Assembly: GCF_001949145.1 (NCBI RefSeq)
Contig: NW_019091355.1
Location: 5,281,518 to 5,338,878 of the forward strand
Direction of reading: 5' to 3'
DNA from: Acanthaster planci
Lineage: Eukaryota
DNA length: 57,361 nt
Of this stretch, positions 1 through 13,256 are shown in pieces; the first letter of the stretch is position 1, and each line of letters opens with the position of its first letter. The notes under the pieces are model-generated. The model was not told the origin of the DNA. It worked only from the letters and a program-made list of their open reading frames with translations, and did not search any database. Both the position numbers and the translations under genes were made by a program.

Positions 1-3000
1 ATATATGTACATATACATGTAAATATTGACAGCCATTACAAGCTTTACATGTGTGAAAAGTCATGTTCGAAATTGGGTCCTCTTTTCAATATTTTTGTTT
101 TGGGTTTCTTTTCAGTATTCCCTGTCATTTTTGTTTTCTTTTGCAAAGTACTTGGGATACTGCTGAAAACGGATAGCAATACATAATTGGACAAGCATGC
201 ACTTTTGTAACGCACCCTTTTGAGTAGGGTGCTGTGCTACTCAAATTTTTTGTACAGAATGTCAGCTTGGAAGCACGAGTTATTGAAGCTTTTGTAAACC
301 GTTTAGTATTGCAAGGCATGGTGTCCTCAAAAGAAGCCTATTTGTGAAGTGATTGTGTGTAACAGTAATGGAAGCCGTGAACACTCTTTGAAGTCCTTGT
401 AATTTACGTGTATAGGTCACTTGTAGAGTAAATATCTTTGTATATGGTTTAGAGATTGCACTGAGAATTTGTCTTTGCTGTTAATTGTAAATATTCACTG
501 AATTGTAAATCTACTGCAAAAATGTTTTATGATGCACTGGTGTACGTGGGCAAATTCATTGAAATGGACAGACATCCGTGCAAGTTTTAAGTTTACGTAG
601 ATTAATGCAGCGACCAGAATTAGAGATGGTTACTGCAGCAGCCTCACGCTCATGTGCAGGTGATATGTGAATGTTAAATACGTCTCCAACCAGTTGGGTG
701 TTGTGATTTGCCCAAATCAGCATGCACCTGAAATTGAATAATGCATGTGTGAGTGTTGTGTGGTACCACTTTAGTAATGGTGTCTCTTCACATTAGTTCC
801 CTTTAGTCCGTTCTTTTTAGAGCTACCAACTCCTGTGATTAAAAAAAAAGAGAAAAAAGTGCCAGATCTTATTCAGGTTTTAAGTGGCTATGGCTTTTGA
901 AGTGGCTTCGTCTTAGGATTTTTTTTTGTTAGTGTGCTATGGAGAGAAGTCTTAGCCATGGACAACAGTGCCTGTTGTTGCAAAGCGCCAGTTCTGAAAA
1001 ACAGCCATTCCGTTCACCTGGGATAAAAGAGTCGGGCACCTCCTCCGTCGGGAGAGCATACGTGTTGTAAATAATATGGATTTGGGATGCAGGATTTGAA
1101 ATGGAGGAAGGCCCATGGACTGTTATTACACGAGGGTTTTGACCTTACATGAATGTGGGATTTCTTGCACGGATCTCTGTTCCATTACTGTGATATGCTG
1201 CCTTGGTAATGTCTCTATAAGTACTGATTCACAAACCACTCCTGTTAAATTATTCTTTCCAGTATTTGTAAATTTCCTTCTTATTTGTCCTTAAGTGGTA
1301 CGGTTGCATTGCAGGTGATCGCACTTTCACATTTTATAAATCAGTGTACCTAAATGCATGCTGGTGTTCCTGTGTTGCTTGCAGAAATTATTACCATATG
1401 ACAAGGTTTGCTTGAATGGTGGGCCAAATTCTTACAAGTAGAAAGTGGCTGTGATGCTGGAAGAGTCTGTTGCATGACTTTCTCAAGTGTTGCTGCTAAG
1501 TTGACTTTATCAAGTGTTCCTCAAGTGCCCACATTTTGCTTTTTTTATGCCTTATCTTACGTTCCTTGCTTAGATTCTCCAGACTTTTATTAAACAAGCA
1601 CTTCAACTCACATATAATAATCAAATGGAATTTTAATGTTGATGCTTGATATAATGGTTCATGTCTTTTTAAAATTAGTTTTCACTTTTTGGTAACTTTG
1701 AGATTGCTCAGATTTGTGTAATTCTAAGATTCCGAAATCTATAGTGTGAAAAACAAACTTACACAGCTATCAAAACACCAAATAATAAACAGACTTGTAA
1801 TTACCAAATATTATAAGGAAATATGGCTGTCTTTAAAAGCAACAGGTCAAATCTTGCCACCAACCAAGGGTGATATTTCTGCAAATTTGTGCACAAGTCT
1901 ATAGATTAATAATTTCAAAAATAATAAGACAGGAAAATTTCAGATTTAATTTGAGCCAGCGAGAAAGAAAAAAACTGAAGTAGCATGCTTCAGGGGCAAA
2001 ATTGGTTTCTCATCAAAGACCAACTCTATTCCTGGGAGGCAATCTACTGCACACACTCTCAGCTTTTTTTGGTTAAGTGTTGGTGACGATGCGAACCCCC
2101 TCAGGGTTCCAGGTGTTGCAATACCGGAGGGAACGATGGGATACTGCTTCCAGGTTGGGATTGATAATGGCAGTCATCGATGATAAGAGAATTGCTGCAG
2201 CTTGTGTGTGTGTGGGGGGGGAGCTTGTAGCATATGGGTCAGGGAGCAGTATCCAGGACATCCAACAATTAGACATCAATAGAGCAGATGATGAGCTTTA
2301 GGTAAATTCAAGAGCAAGTATCTACTGCCTGTTATGTGAAAGGGGATGCATCATTAGTCAACATAACACCAATGGTTGGATGACATAATACATTGGCCTA
2401 GTTTATTGTTAATAATGTAAACCATTGGTGACTGAGCCTTGACCTCAAACCAAACAAACTGAATGATAATACTAATACCTTGCATCATCTCTCCACCAAA
2501 CTTGAGTCTTTTGATTGAATGGAAGTGCATTGAGCAGGTACCAGCATACTAATATACTCAACCTAATGAAAAAAAACTGTTGTTACTGGGTAGCTGATAT
2601 AACACTTGGGAGGGGGGTAGATTTAAGTGGAATGACATGTTCATGAGCTGTTTGGTACTTCACAAAGGCAAGGCCAAAGTACCTGATGTTACGCCGGCTT
2701 GTACATGTTCAGTGCACCCGAGTCAGTGTACAGACATGCTAAAACGGCCAACCTCAAGTACACAAAACAATGCTCTTGAATGAGCTGCAAAGTGATTAAT
2801 TTTGAGCGTGTGTGCTGAAATACCAAAGTGGCTCCAGGTTACTTCAAATGAAACAGTGGGATGAAGGCAGCATGATGAATGTGGACAGGCTTCATTAATG
2901 TGGCGCTGTGTTACCACAAGTGTCTTGTGTTAGTCAATATCAGCATGTGGACTTGTGTAACTGCAGTTAAGTGTCAAATGTAATGAAGAGCAATTGATGC

Positions 3001-3895
3001 TTAAGTTTTCTATGCCGTAGCGATAGAAAATTCCTGTTTTTAATAACATTAAATACTCGTAAAGTTAACAGTGGCTTTTATTCTGTGTGTGGTTACCATG
3101 GCAATATTGTGAACTTTCCCTGTTTAAAATAGCATTCTTACTCCAGAATTATCCAATAAAACTATTTCATTGCCCTTCTGCCCACCAGTTGCCGGGGTCC
3201 CAGGCAGGAAATACTGTTTAGCAAAGTTATGTGATAAGCAAATGTGATAGGCAAAGGCAGTACGGATTGCTCAGCAGCTTTGGCTGGAAGCCTGCTTTGG
3301 CTGAACAAACAGTTTTTGTACTCTAAGCAAATTTGAACGCTTTGTAGCTCCTTGAAATTGGTGAAGATAGAACCTGAACTATAATCATGCCTGGATTGCC
3401 CTCAAGGAACACTTTGCTTTTGGTGCAGTGATGGCAGTCAGAAGAGATTAATTAGTGTGATGTGTGCAGGTCGGTGAATTCATGTGATTAAAACATTTGA
3501 TCAAGAGGGGATTGTGATCATCCCAAGAATTGGAGTTGTCAGTGTTGCATTCTGTTATCTTGTGTAAATACAGATGACTGTGAGCAAAATAAATGACCCT
3601 GAGAAAGGTGTATTAGCCTTTTTGAAGCACGGTGGACACAATAGGAGGGCGCCATTTGAAGTGGGTAAATTTGGAGTACATACAACAGATCTTACTAAAC
3701 CAAATAGCGCTTGCCTATTGTGTCTGCCATACCTCAAATAGGCCAATAGCCATCATTTGTACATACCTATATAAGTGGAGGATTATCCTGTCCTCTATTG
3801 GCCTGTGTATGTACAGTTAATATATCTTTTGATGTAGTTCATTTGAAGACCCCTAGGACATCATTCTCCCAGCTAGAGTACAGCTCCTTGTGACA

Positions 3896-4510
3896 TTTAT
3901 TTTTATACAGCACCTGCATAAATCACCGTCATCTGATTGGTGGATCGTTGATCACATGGCATTGCATTATTTGTACCAACACACAGCATGTGCATACCTA
4001 CCTGTTTTACATATAAAGTGTGGACATTCCTTTGTGCTCCTCTGGTTAAAGAAACTTGAGGAAAATGCTCCTTTTTCTCCGACTAGGATAACTCCGAGCT
4101 GGATTTTTGATGATGATTTCCGTTCACAATTTTACAAAATAATTATAAGAACTTTTTTTTTGTAGGTAATGCTGATGCTGCCATCGTATGGAAACAGATA
4201 GAATGATGCCAAATGATTAAACAATCTCGGAATATCATGTTGGAAAATGAACGAATTCACAACTGGACAACTTCCAGTTTGACTCCGTTAATTAATCCAG
4301 CTGTACTCAGAAAATCAGATAATGGGGATTTATGCAGGTGTTGTATAAATAAATAATGAATGTTTCACTCTCATGCAGTGGAAAGAATAGTTGCATTTGG
4401 TGACTGATGAAATGATTTATTCCACTCGGCTTCGTCTTGTGTCCAGACCGTTTCATCTGTCACCTCATGCAATTCCTCTTACCATTGCACTTACACATTC
4501 ATTATTTGTA
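3896..4510. mobile_element. Palindromic non-autonomous repeat(s), tentatively Crypton-like
   Basis: Inverted repeat 3896-3927 / 4324-4353 (ttataca.cacctgcataaatc.cc); abutting hairpin 4352-4506 (aataatgaatgt...ggtgactgatgaaa / tttcatctgtcacc...acattcattatt) with central actcggcttcgtct; tctgattgg motif near left end. Family assignment is from motif resemblance only. Confidence 0.5.
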
Positions 4511-7500
4511 TAACATGCATTGGCTATTGCAGAACTTGATCTAATAATAAAAAAAGCAAATTAGGAAGAGCCAGGGTCAGATCTTTCCTTAATGACACCA
4601 AACCGACGATGCACATTAGTTAAACAGATGCATGGTTTGATCAGATGGGTCCTTACTCTATGATTAGATGATCTTGGAAACCAGGACCTGAATGAATAGG
4701 CCAGATTTAGATGAGCGTGATGACGAGGGTAAGAGGCCATATTTGTCATCTTTCAGCCGGCTTAAGATTTCAGTCATACGCATCAATCCAACCCCCTCCA
4801 ACAGCTTTTCTACCTCTTAGTTTGATCAGCTTTATCTAGCTGAATATTCAGTCAAAATTAACCCATTTCTTAGTTTCCTTCATCTCTTTTCTAGGACATT
4901 GAGCTAGATCCCAGCTCCATGCTTATTGATGATCCTGACCCAATTTTACTGTCTTTCCCGAGCCATTGTTGCACCGATTCCTTGGTTTGGGGGCTAAAGC
5001 CGCTGAATCACCGGCGCTGGGGTGCAGGATTTTGTGCCATTCATAACAAATAATGGACGCGGGCCATTTAAATTGCAAACACAATTTTTTACTCCGTGAA
5101 AAAACTCCGATTGTAAGTGAATTACCTGCGGCTGGGAGAAGACGGTCAACGTGCCTGGGAGGAACGGTCGGTAAGGAGAGGACTCTGCCACAGTGGATGA
5201 CGGATCATATACCTGCGCCTTAGGCTAATTATAACTTCATATGGTCTCCCCTTGGTCATGTTTGTATATTGCCCAATCCCAACTCGTAACATTATAGGTG
5301 TACAAAGCAGAGGATAGGGGCCTAATATAATATTGGGGGTGAGACACATATGACCCAGACGATGTAATCATTAATTGACTTACCTGTCCACGAGTTTGAA
5401 GGGTTCTTTGCACTTTCTGAGTGGCTCACCGAGTAGCAGACATATTAACCACTTGACCAGCAACTTTGCCCTGTAGATTTGAGGTCTTTGTATAACTGTT
5501 ACAGGTAAAGCACCTTTTCCCTAGAATTCAGGTCACGAGCCCTAAAGGAAAAGGTGTAGGAATCTTCCATTAAACTATGTAACGGAAATGCAGTCCATTT
5601 GACGGTGTGTGAATAACTTTGCTTGAAACTGGCCAATGCACTGAATCAGTAAAATAAATTTAACTGGCAGAAAAACAGTAAAAAACATTCAGCTTTCTGA
5701 AGCCAACCAGTCATATCACACTTTTGCTCAACAAAGTGAGAGCTGGCAATAGAGTAAGAACAGAAAAAGCCTTCAAACAAGTGACAAATCTAAAAATTAA
5801 AAAAGGATTACACATGAAACTCTGGGGGAACTCCTGTCATTCACGATTTCAGACCTCACAGACCATGAACAAGAGGGTACTTTCTTTTTCCCCAAATTAA
5901 GTGGCAAGGACATCATGAAAAAACATGGAGTTTGACACAGCAATTTCCTGGTATCTGTGCTTTATTGCACTTAACAGTTCCCCAATATGGTGGTTAGATA
6001 TACCAAACTTGGACATTTACCAAGACTGCTTCAAACAGAACTCCTGGAGAATATCTTACCTTGAAAGATCCCCCATAATGTCTCCACTCTAACAGTAACT
6101 GGAAATCACCATCGCGTATCGAGATACACTTGTTGTATTTGCCTATGGACTTTCCTGTTTCAAATGCATCAAAGCCAATAATGAAGTGGTATACTTGCAT
6201 ATATGTATTTGAAACTACCTTGGGAAAAGAAAGAAGAATAATCAGTGATTTGCACCGTAACCTAAAGCACGACTGATACTTCATAATAACCCCAATTTCA
6301 TAAAGCTTGTTCCAACTTGCCTTTCATACTTTTGTTTTGTTTAATATGGCTTCTGAGCAGTTACATTTCTATATACAATCTATTTGGTTTTCAATGCATG
6401 TATTACTTCAAGCATGCTGCTTCAAAGATACGGATGTTAAAACGCAGAATAACAGACAGAAACATCCATGTTTCTAAAGTTAAGTGAAATACATGCCCCC
6501 CTTGTCACCAGAAAACCCTTCCATAATTTTCCCCGAAAGCCCAAACCCGCCCATACGTTTTGCAGATCCTCAACATCATATTACAATTTTATTAAACTTG
6601 TGAACACATTTCAAGCAGCGACCGTCTGTCCTTTAAATACAGTGATTACACATGGCTTACTTGGATAGTGGTGGCTTTATACTTCCAAAATATTACACTT
6701 GATTGTCAAAAGTGAGTATACATAATGCATTTAGTGCAGTCCATCTCCTCACAGCTACAAACCTCAGTTAGCAAGCAGAAGTTAGCCAAACTATTTCACA
6801 CATTATTTGTTACGAGTAGAAACCACAAATTGAGAATTTGATACAAAGGAATGTACACATCATCTCATTTTGCGTGTCACATAGCTACCTACTGATTCAA
6901 TCAAAACCTCCAGCCATGTACACAAAAGCACCAAGTATCAAAACTAAGAACCAAGTTGAAGATTGGAGTCTCATTCTCCGTCAATGTTTCATTGACATGA
7001 CACCAAGTAACTTCATTGGTACCAACAGTATATATCGTAGTTCTTGTTAGAGAAATGTACCCCCCCCCAAAAAAATCCATTGTGTTGACCTTTTAAGCAT
7101 TTCATGCAAACATTAACGGACAAGATAAGAGAAATTCAGTGCAGTACATCATTAATGGTGGCCTGCGTTACCATTCATCATTCACTACGATCAATGTTTC
7201 CACTCTGGTCGGTATCTTTCTGTTCTGGGGGGATCTTAATCACTTCTGACCGAGATTTCTTTGGAAATATCAACAAAGCCTGTAAGTTAAACCTTCCAGG
7301 AACAGGATGATTCACTGGATCGTGGACGACTCGATCAGATGCTGACATTAATCAGGAATTTCTGACAGAACTCAAATGAAAAATGAAACAGCGATGCCGC
7401 TAGACACTCTGCTTCCAGGGTGTCACTTGGCGGTTGTTATGTTGCATCAAGCAAGCCAAGATCTTCTGGCAATCCCACATGCGTACTGGCTGGGTAGCAA

Positions 7501-10500
7501 TATGTAAACCATAAGTCTTCAGCTTTCTGGATTTATCAGGACACATATCACATCGCCCTGAATTAGTCACACAAAATAATAGTAATGAGAAATCTTTCTC
7601 AGCTACTTCATTAATGGTTCACGGATTCCAAACATCCAACATACATGTACATACCGTTTGAAAATGTGACATTTACCGGCAGACCTCAACCAATATTATT
7701 ACTTTGCCTTCAAATCATACATAGTTTAACCAGCTAGAGGCATAACTGGTATACAAAAATGTCATGAGCTTCAATTCCAACCAAGTAAATGTAAGGTACT
7801 GTCCACAATTGCCATGTATATGTTCTGATTTAGTATCATTTCAGAAGAGAACAAAATCAGCCACTAGAGTGAAGACTAAAAAGCCAAAAAAAATTCTATC
7901 CATTTGACTGGCAACAAAACTTTCTTTATAGATAGAAACTTGTTGACATATTTACACCAGATTTGTAAAGTAGTTTCAACACTAATTTCACAGTTTTGGG
8001 ACCATATTCTAATACTGGGCCTTGTGTAACTTTTAGAAATATTCAAAATGCAAAACAGAATGATATTTGTATTATGATTTAACTCTCTCAACATGCCATC
8101 ACCTATAGCAACCATTTTGTATAAACATAATTGAATTCTAAAAGAAAAATTGACTGCATGATCTCAACAAGCACAAGATAATAAAATTTTAAATCTGACT
8201 TGCATTGATGTTCGTTGGGGCTCCCTGGTATTTTGGACAAAGAGGAAAATTTGGGCAGACAAACTGTCCCCATTTTTAACTTTACAGAAAAAAAGGTCCA
8301 AAATCAGATAATATAACCAATACTGGAAAGTACCACAGGACCATTTCCGATGTATGCTGCTTCCAAAACTTTCCATCAAACAAACAGTGCTCATAAATGT
8401 ACATAGTTTGGCCTAGTTTGTTGTTTACAGATAATAAAGTTGAGGAATGTGCGAATAAATGATGAAAGGCAGTGGTTAACACAGAACGACTTTTCTTTTT
8501 ACAAAAGACAAGAAGAAATATAAATATTTACAAGAAACAAGTGCAAATATTCTAATCATATTTTCATAGTAATCTTTCTACCTTTGTTGCTCATACAGCC
8601 CACAATTTTCCTACCTGCATACGTAAGGACTTTGTTGTTCCTTCGGCATATACAACCCTGTTTTGTTTTCCTGCAAACATTGATTTGGAGCTGCTAAAAT
8701 ATGAAGCAGTCTGAAAGTCTACAACAGAGGCATTGATGGGAGCCATCTTGCTGGGCAGTTTGTATGTCCCACACAGAAAACTCTTTTGTGCATAAACTGT
8801 GGGACAACAGAGCTGGCCTGCAAGATGCGCCATGCACACCTCTATTCCTATGATTTCACTGGTATCCAGCCTTTAATGCATTTTTACCTACTTGTACATA
8901 ATCATCCCAATGATGCCAGTTTTTAGTTGTTGGGTTTGATACCATCAGAGCTGTTACAATAACATGTACATGTAATTCCACAAATGTGCTTTAATAATAA
9001 CTGCAGTAGTATGTACAATCAAAATACATTCATCATTACAGGCAAGAACATTTTAACTTGACTGACTATTGTACTCACGAACAGACACAAGCTGGAATGT
9101 CAAGAGTAGTAAGTCATAAGGTATTTCTAACTTGTTTTTATTTTTAACAAAATAAAATGGTACTGATCTCCTTCTGATATGAAAATGTGAGTACTTTCTA
9201 CTGGTTGGACAACCCACTTATGTAGTCGACAAACCTAGTTGCCATTTGTCAGAACCTACACAATAGAACTTCATTTCATTTTTGTTGGAATCTAGAACTG
9301 CAGATTTTTGGGGGGCCTAAGCTAGTTTCTACTCCACACGGTAGTATGCTGAGAAGGATACTGTGCTTGATCACAAGGAAACAGATATTTGACGACCGAG
9401 CTTTGAACCTAAACAAAGAAACTTCGGAACAATTTATTTTGTACATACAATAATAGCAACTGTGAAGTAAGTGCTACTAGTATTAAAAATAATAAGCTTC
9501 ATATATCTGAGTTTGAACGTAGACACCTTATAAAATTAATCTGTTTATTCTTGATTACCCATACAAATAGCTTATGATTTGATGTGATTATTTTCTCGAT
9601 GTGAAAACAAGGTTATCTAGGGATGACCCGATTCTGCCAAACAATGAGTTGTCAAAACAATGTTTTCGGCAAATAAACGGACAGCTATTTGTCAGTAATC
9701 ACATTAATTCCTTTTCAGTAGCCAAACAGTTGTTTAATTCTTACATATGCTTACATATATATTTTATATATTAAATATGGGTAATTATTTATAGAGTAAA
9801 TATCTTTTTATTTACGAGTATATACAATATATCTGCACTAGAAAAAAGGTTGTTTGTTCATTTATATCTCCAGTCAGTAGATTGGAGTTCTGGTAATTAA
9901 TAACTAAGCAACCGATAACTGAACCATTTTCTCTTTTTGAGGGGGGGTTGGATCCTCTTGAAAATTTGCCACATATTTCTAATTCTTTGATGTTTCTCCA
10001 ATTCTTTGTTTCTTTACAAGGAGAAAAAATGTTACTCAGACTGATTAACAAGTTTTCAAAAATCATTGTGCTGGCAGAAAAGTACAGTTTTCTTGAATAA
10101 TGTCCTCTTTTGGACCCTACAAACCTCAAGGAGAATTTGAAAATCCACCGGCCACATTTTTGAGACAACTGGTCAGAATGCGTCAATTCACACTGTTGGT
10201 TTAATTTACATATTCAAAAAATTTGCCCCAAAAAGATTTCTTGTCTTAATGATCCCTATTCTCAGAAATATGACAAAAATGTCAGTGGGTGATGGGACTG
10301 ATCTTTCTGACTTATATGAGCTGTATACTGGACAAACATGTACATGTATGTCCGATGTATCATCAGGCCAAACAATCCTTCTGTGTTTAACACTGGGTCA
10401 GAACACTGACAGCTTCATTTCATCTGCACATCCCTTTTAGTAGAGTTTTACACCCTAAATGCTTGACAAGATAGGAAGAATTATGTGGATTTCATTCCCT

Positions 10501-10603
10501 GAATTTGTAGAGAGCTTGACAGGCAATGAAATGAACGTTATTTTGTAATTATAGGAAAGTTCATAATTCTCATGGATCCATGAAGAGATTGTATGGAGCT
10601 ATG

Positions 10604-11698
10604 CAGCTATAGAATGACTTCAAACCTGTCTCTGTGAAAACTCTTTTTTGAGTTGAATTTACTATCTACATGACACAGAAAGTATAGATTGCCAAGAAAA
10701 TTCTTATCACAAGACACCAATCAAGCTATTCTTTCCCCATCCAAGTGCACCCCCCCTTCGGACTTGGGACCCAACTTCATATCACACAAGTGTGAGGGCT
10801 AACCTGTCACTAGAGGACGCTCTACAATTACGTGACATCATATCCCTAGTGCTCTGTGAGGTCATACTGGCTGTACTGAGCCTTACCAAATCTCTCTTGT
10901 TTATAGTCTGATGGGCCCAGTTCTTCAGGACGTGTATATGCAGAATGCATACACGCAAAATGTGTACAGGCATGGATGTGCTCAGGCAAAACATGGTGGC
11001 TATCTGTGCACCTATGGATACTTCATGGGATTGACCCTGCATCAGAGGTCAAATGGACAACAACACGATGGTTGTTCTCAGACTTTTAACCCTTGAAATA
11101 CAGGGTCCCTGTTTAGAATTAACAATGCAGTCAGGCACCCACTGTTTATATTTCTACACAGCGTGAGGTGGTCAGTTACCGGTTGCTCAGCGACCAGGAG
11201 AAGGCACTACCTGTGTTATCAATGCACCTTTTCAAGATGTAGTCCTGTCACTTAGAGTTACTTTCTCTGTTTCATGCCAACAAAATCATCTTCCAACCCA
11301 AACTGGTATAATTTTTTAACTAGAAATGATTTGCAATTTCCAAGCAACGGTGAGTTATTTAGTTCCAACTTAAATTAATTCTGATCCTCAAGAAGTCTAG
11401 GGTAAACTGATGTTGACAGATACCCCTTGAAAGACTGAGGCAAAGTCTAAGCTTGTACATGCAATAGGCCTTTTCAAAACCTTTACAGCAATTGTACATG
11501 TACATCTTTTAAATAAACAAACTGATTGCACCCATTGTGTGATTTCTCAACACAGATAAGATAAAGCCCCTGTACATTTCCCAATCTGTCAACAGCTATA
11601 GAATTACTTCAAAAACTGTCTCGGTGGAAACTCTTTGAGTTGATTTGAGTAGAAGCAAGACATAGGAAGTGTAGATAGCCGAGAAAATCCTGAGATAA
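10604..11698 (+). repeat. Pair of diverged ~105-bp direct repeats (10604-10712 and 11593-11698)
   Basis: cagctatagaat.acttcaaa..ctgtctc.gtg.aaactcttt...gagttga.tt...aagt.tagat.gcc.agaaaat.ct in both copies. Confidence 0.75.
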
Positions 11699-11916
11699 AA
11701 AAATATGCTAGTGGGAAAAAAAAAAAGATTGAGAATAAAGAAGTCTTACGAAGTTGTCAGACCTGCCAATTGCGGCTGGGCTCACAACAGGGCCTGATGG
11801 ATATCTACACCATGCTGTGTGAGGCCGGTCGCTGTGAGTACATCGGAATATTGATCAAATGGTGTCCACACAGAGGGTTTGGCTGTGACACACTAGAAGC
11901 TTAAACTGCTTTACAC

Positions 11917-11954
11917 AAAGTGACAAAACGTGAAAGTGACAAAACGTGAAAGTG
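11917..11954 (+). repeat. Short tandem duplication (16-bp unit AAAGTGACAAAACGTG, about 2.4 copies)
   Basis: Direct reading. Confidence 0.85.
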
Positions 11955-13023
11955 CCACCCAAAAAAAAGCCCCCAAAAAAGAAGAAACAGATGAGATGAA
12001 GTGAGATACATGTATATTCAAAACACTATTTGACGTGGCATGACAGAAATCGTTAACTGTCTTCGCTCCAGACGTTAAAGGATGGTTGTCGGTTGTCAGA
12101 CTGGATGCTGCTTCGAGTTTCTTTACAGATATCAAAAGAATTCACACATTTATGTATCAAAGTTACCATACAGGAGTACACTTAATTTAAAACTAAAATG
12201 GCCACTTAAATGGGATTGTGTTCGCAACTTTGATTCTAACTTTGTACAAGCTGACCAAATACTCTCCTCGAAGAAGAAAGGAGGGAAGGGGTAATTCCAT
12301 AATGAATTCATCACTGACCATCAACAGGGTCCAGGTGTTGGTCAAGCAGCTCTTGACCTGTTAACACCTTGTTGCTGACACCTCTCCCTTGGTGCCACGT
12401 CAGGGATGAATTACTCTACCTTTGGATTGCCTTGGGCTATTTTCATTGACAAGATCACACAAGCTCATGCAGGAATCTTGATAAACTTGTCAACTCTAAA
12501 ATGTAAGCAGGATAGGAATGCTTGCGTTAAGAGTGGAGTGGGTTCAAGAAAGGACTCGTTCCCATTTTTCTTGTGTTTCCTTGTTACCCTCTATTTTCAT
12601 TTCCTAAGACTTTTGTCCGTGAAGATTCTGGGACATGTATTTTACATTAACCCTTTGAAAAACTTCTGCTAAAAACCAAGATTTGTGCTGAAACTTGAAA
12701 TTTGACTGAGATGTGACGAGATGCAAGCAGAATTTTTGTGCGTGAAAAATTCTACGTGTACCCCTTTAAGAAAGATAATGCAAAGCAAACTTTATGCAAA
12801 TTAAAGGCACTATCGTGCAAGACAATATTTAATGGGACTTAAAACGAAAACATTGCAATATCGTATGGTAATTGCTTAACTTCAAAGCACAGAATTTCCT
12901 ATTTTATTCCATAGGATTGGTGTGAATTCCTTAGCAGCATGGCAGACTTCGGACCAACAACACGGACTCCTTCAACGACCCCTCTCTAAACACAGGCAGC
13001 TACCGTCTCCTGAACCTCGCCAG

Positions 13024-13256
13024 TCAGAAGAGCAGGCACACCCCGGACTTCTTGTTCTTCTTGGTCTTGCCTGAGCTGGGCGTGGTGTCCTGGTAGCTCT
13101 GGTGCCGAGCCTTGGCCGAGGCCACAATAGCCTTGGGCCGGGAGGTGTCCGGCACTGAGCTGGTGGACTTGCGGGAGATGGCGGGAATCTGCAGTGAGGT
13201 CTGCTTGTGGACCAGCGGGGGCTTGGGCTTGATGGGGAGAACGGTGCTGGAGGATT
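13024..13256 (-). CDS. NWD-like terminal coding exon: S/P/K-rich tail ending KTKKNKKSGVCLLF*
   Basis: Strong acceptor ttttttcccctcttcctgtccag; GC-rich codon usage like the other exons; phase-1 start matches the exon S donor; TGA at 13024-13026. Not in the ORF track (no ATG). Confidence 0.85.

Noticed and set aside
7400..7560. piggyBac cysteine-rich domain remnant (RCDMCPDKSRK, minus strand)
   Set aside because: Single CxxC with no further conserved Cys/His; likely chance
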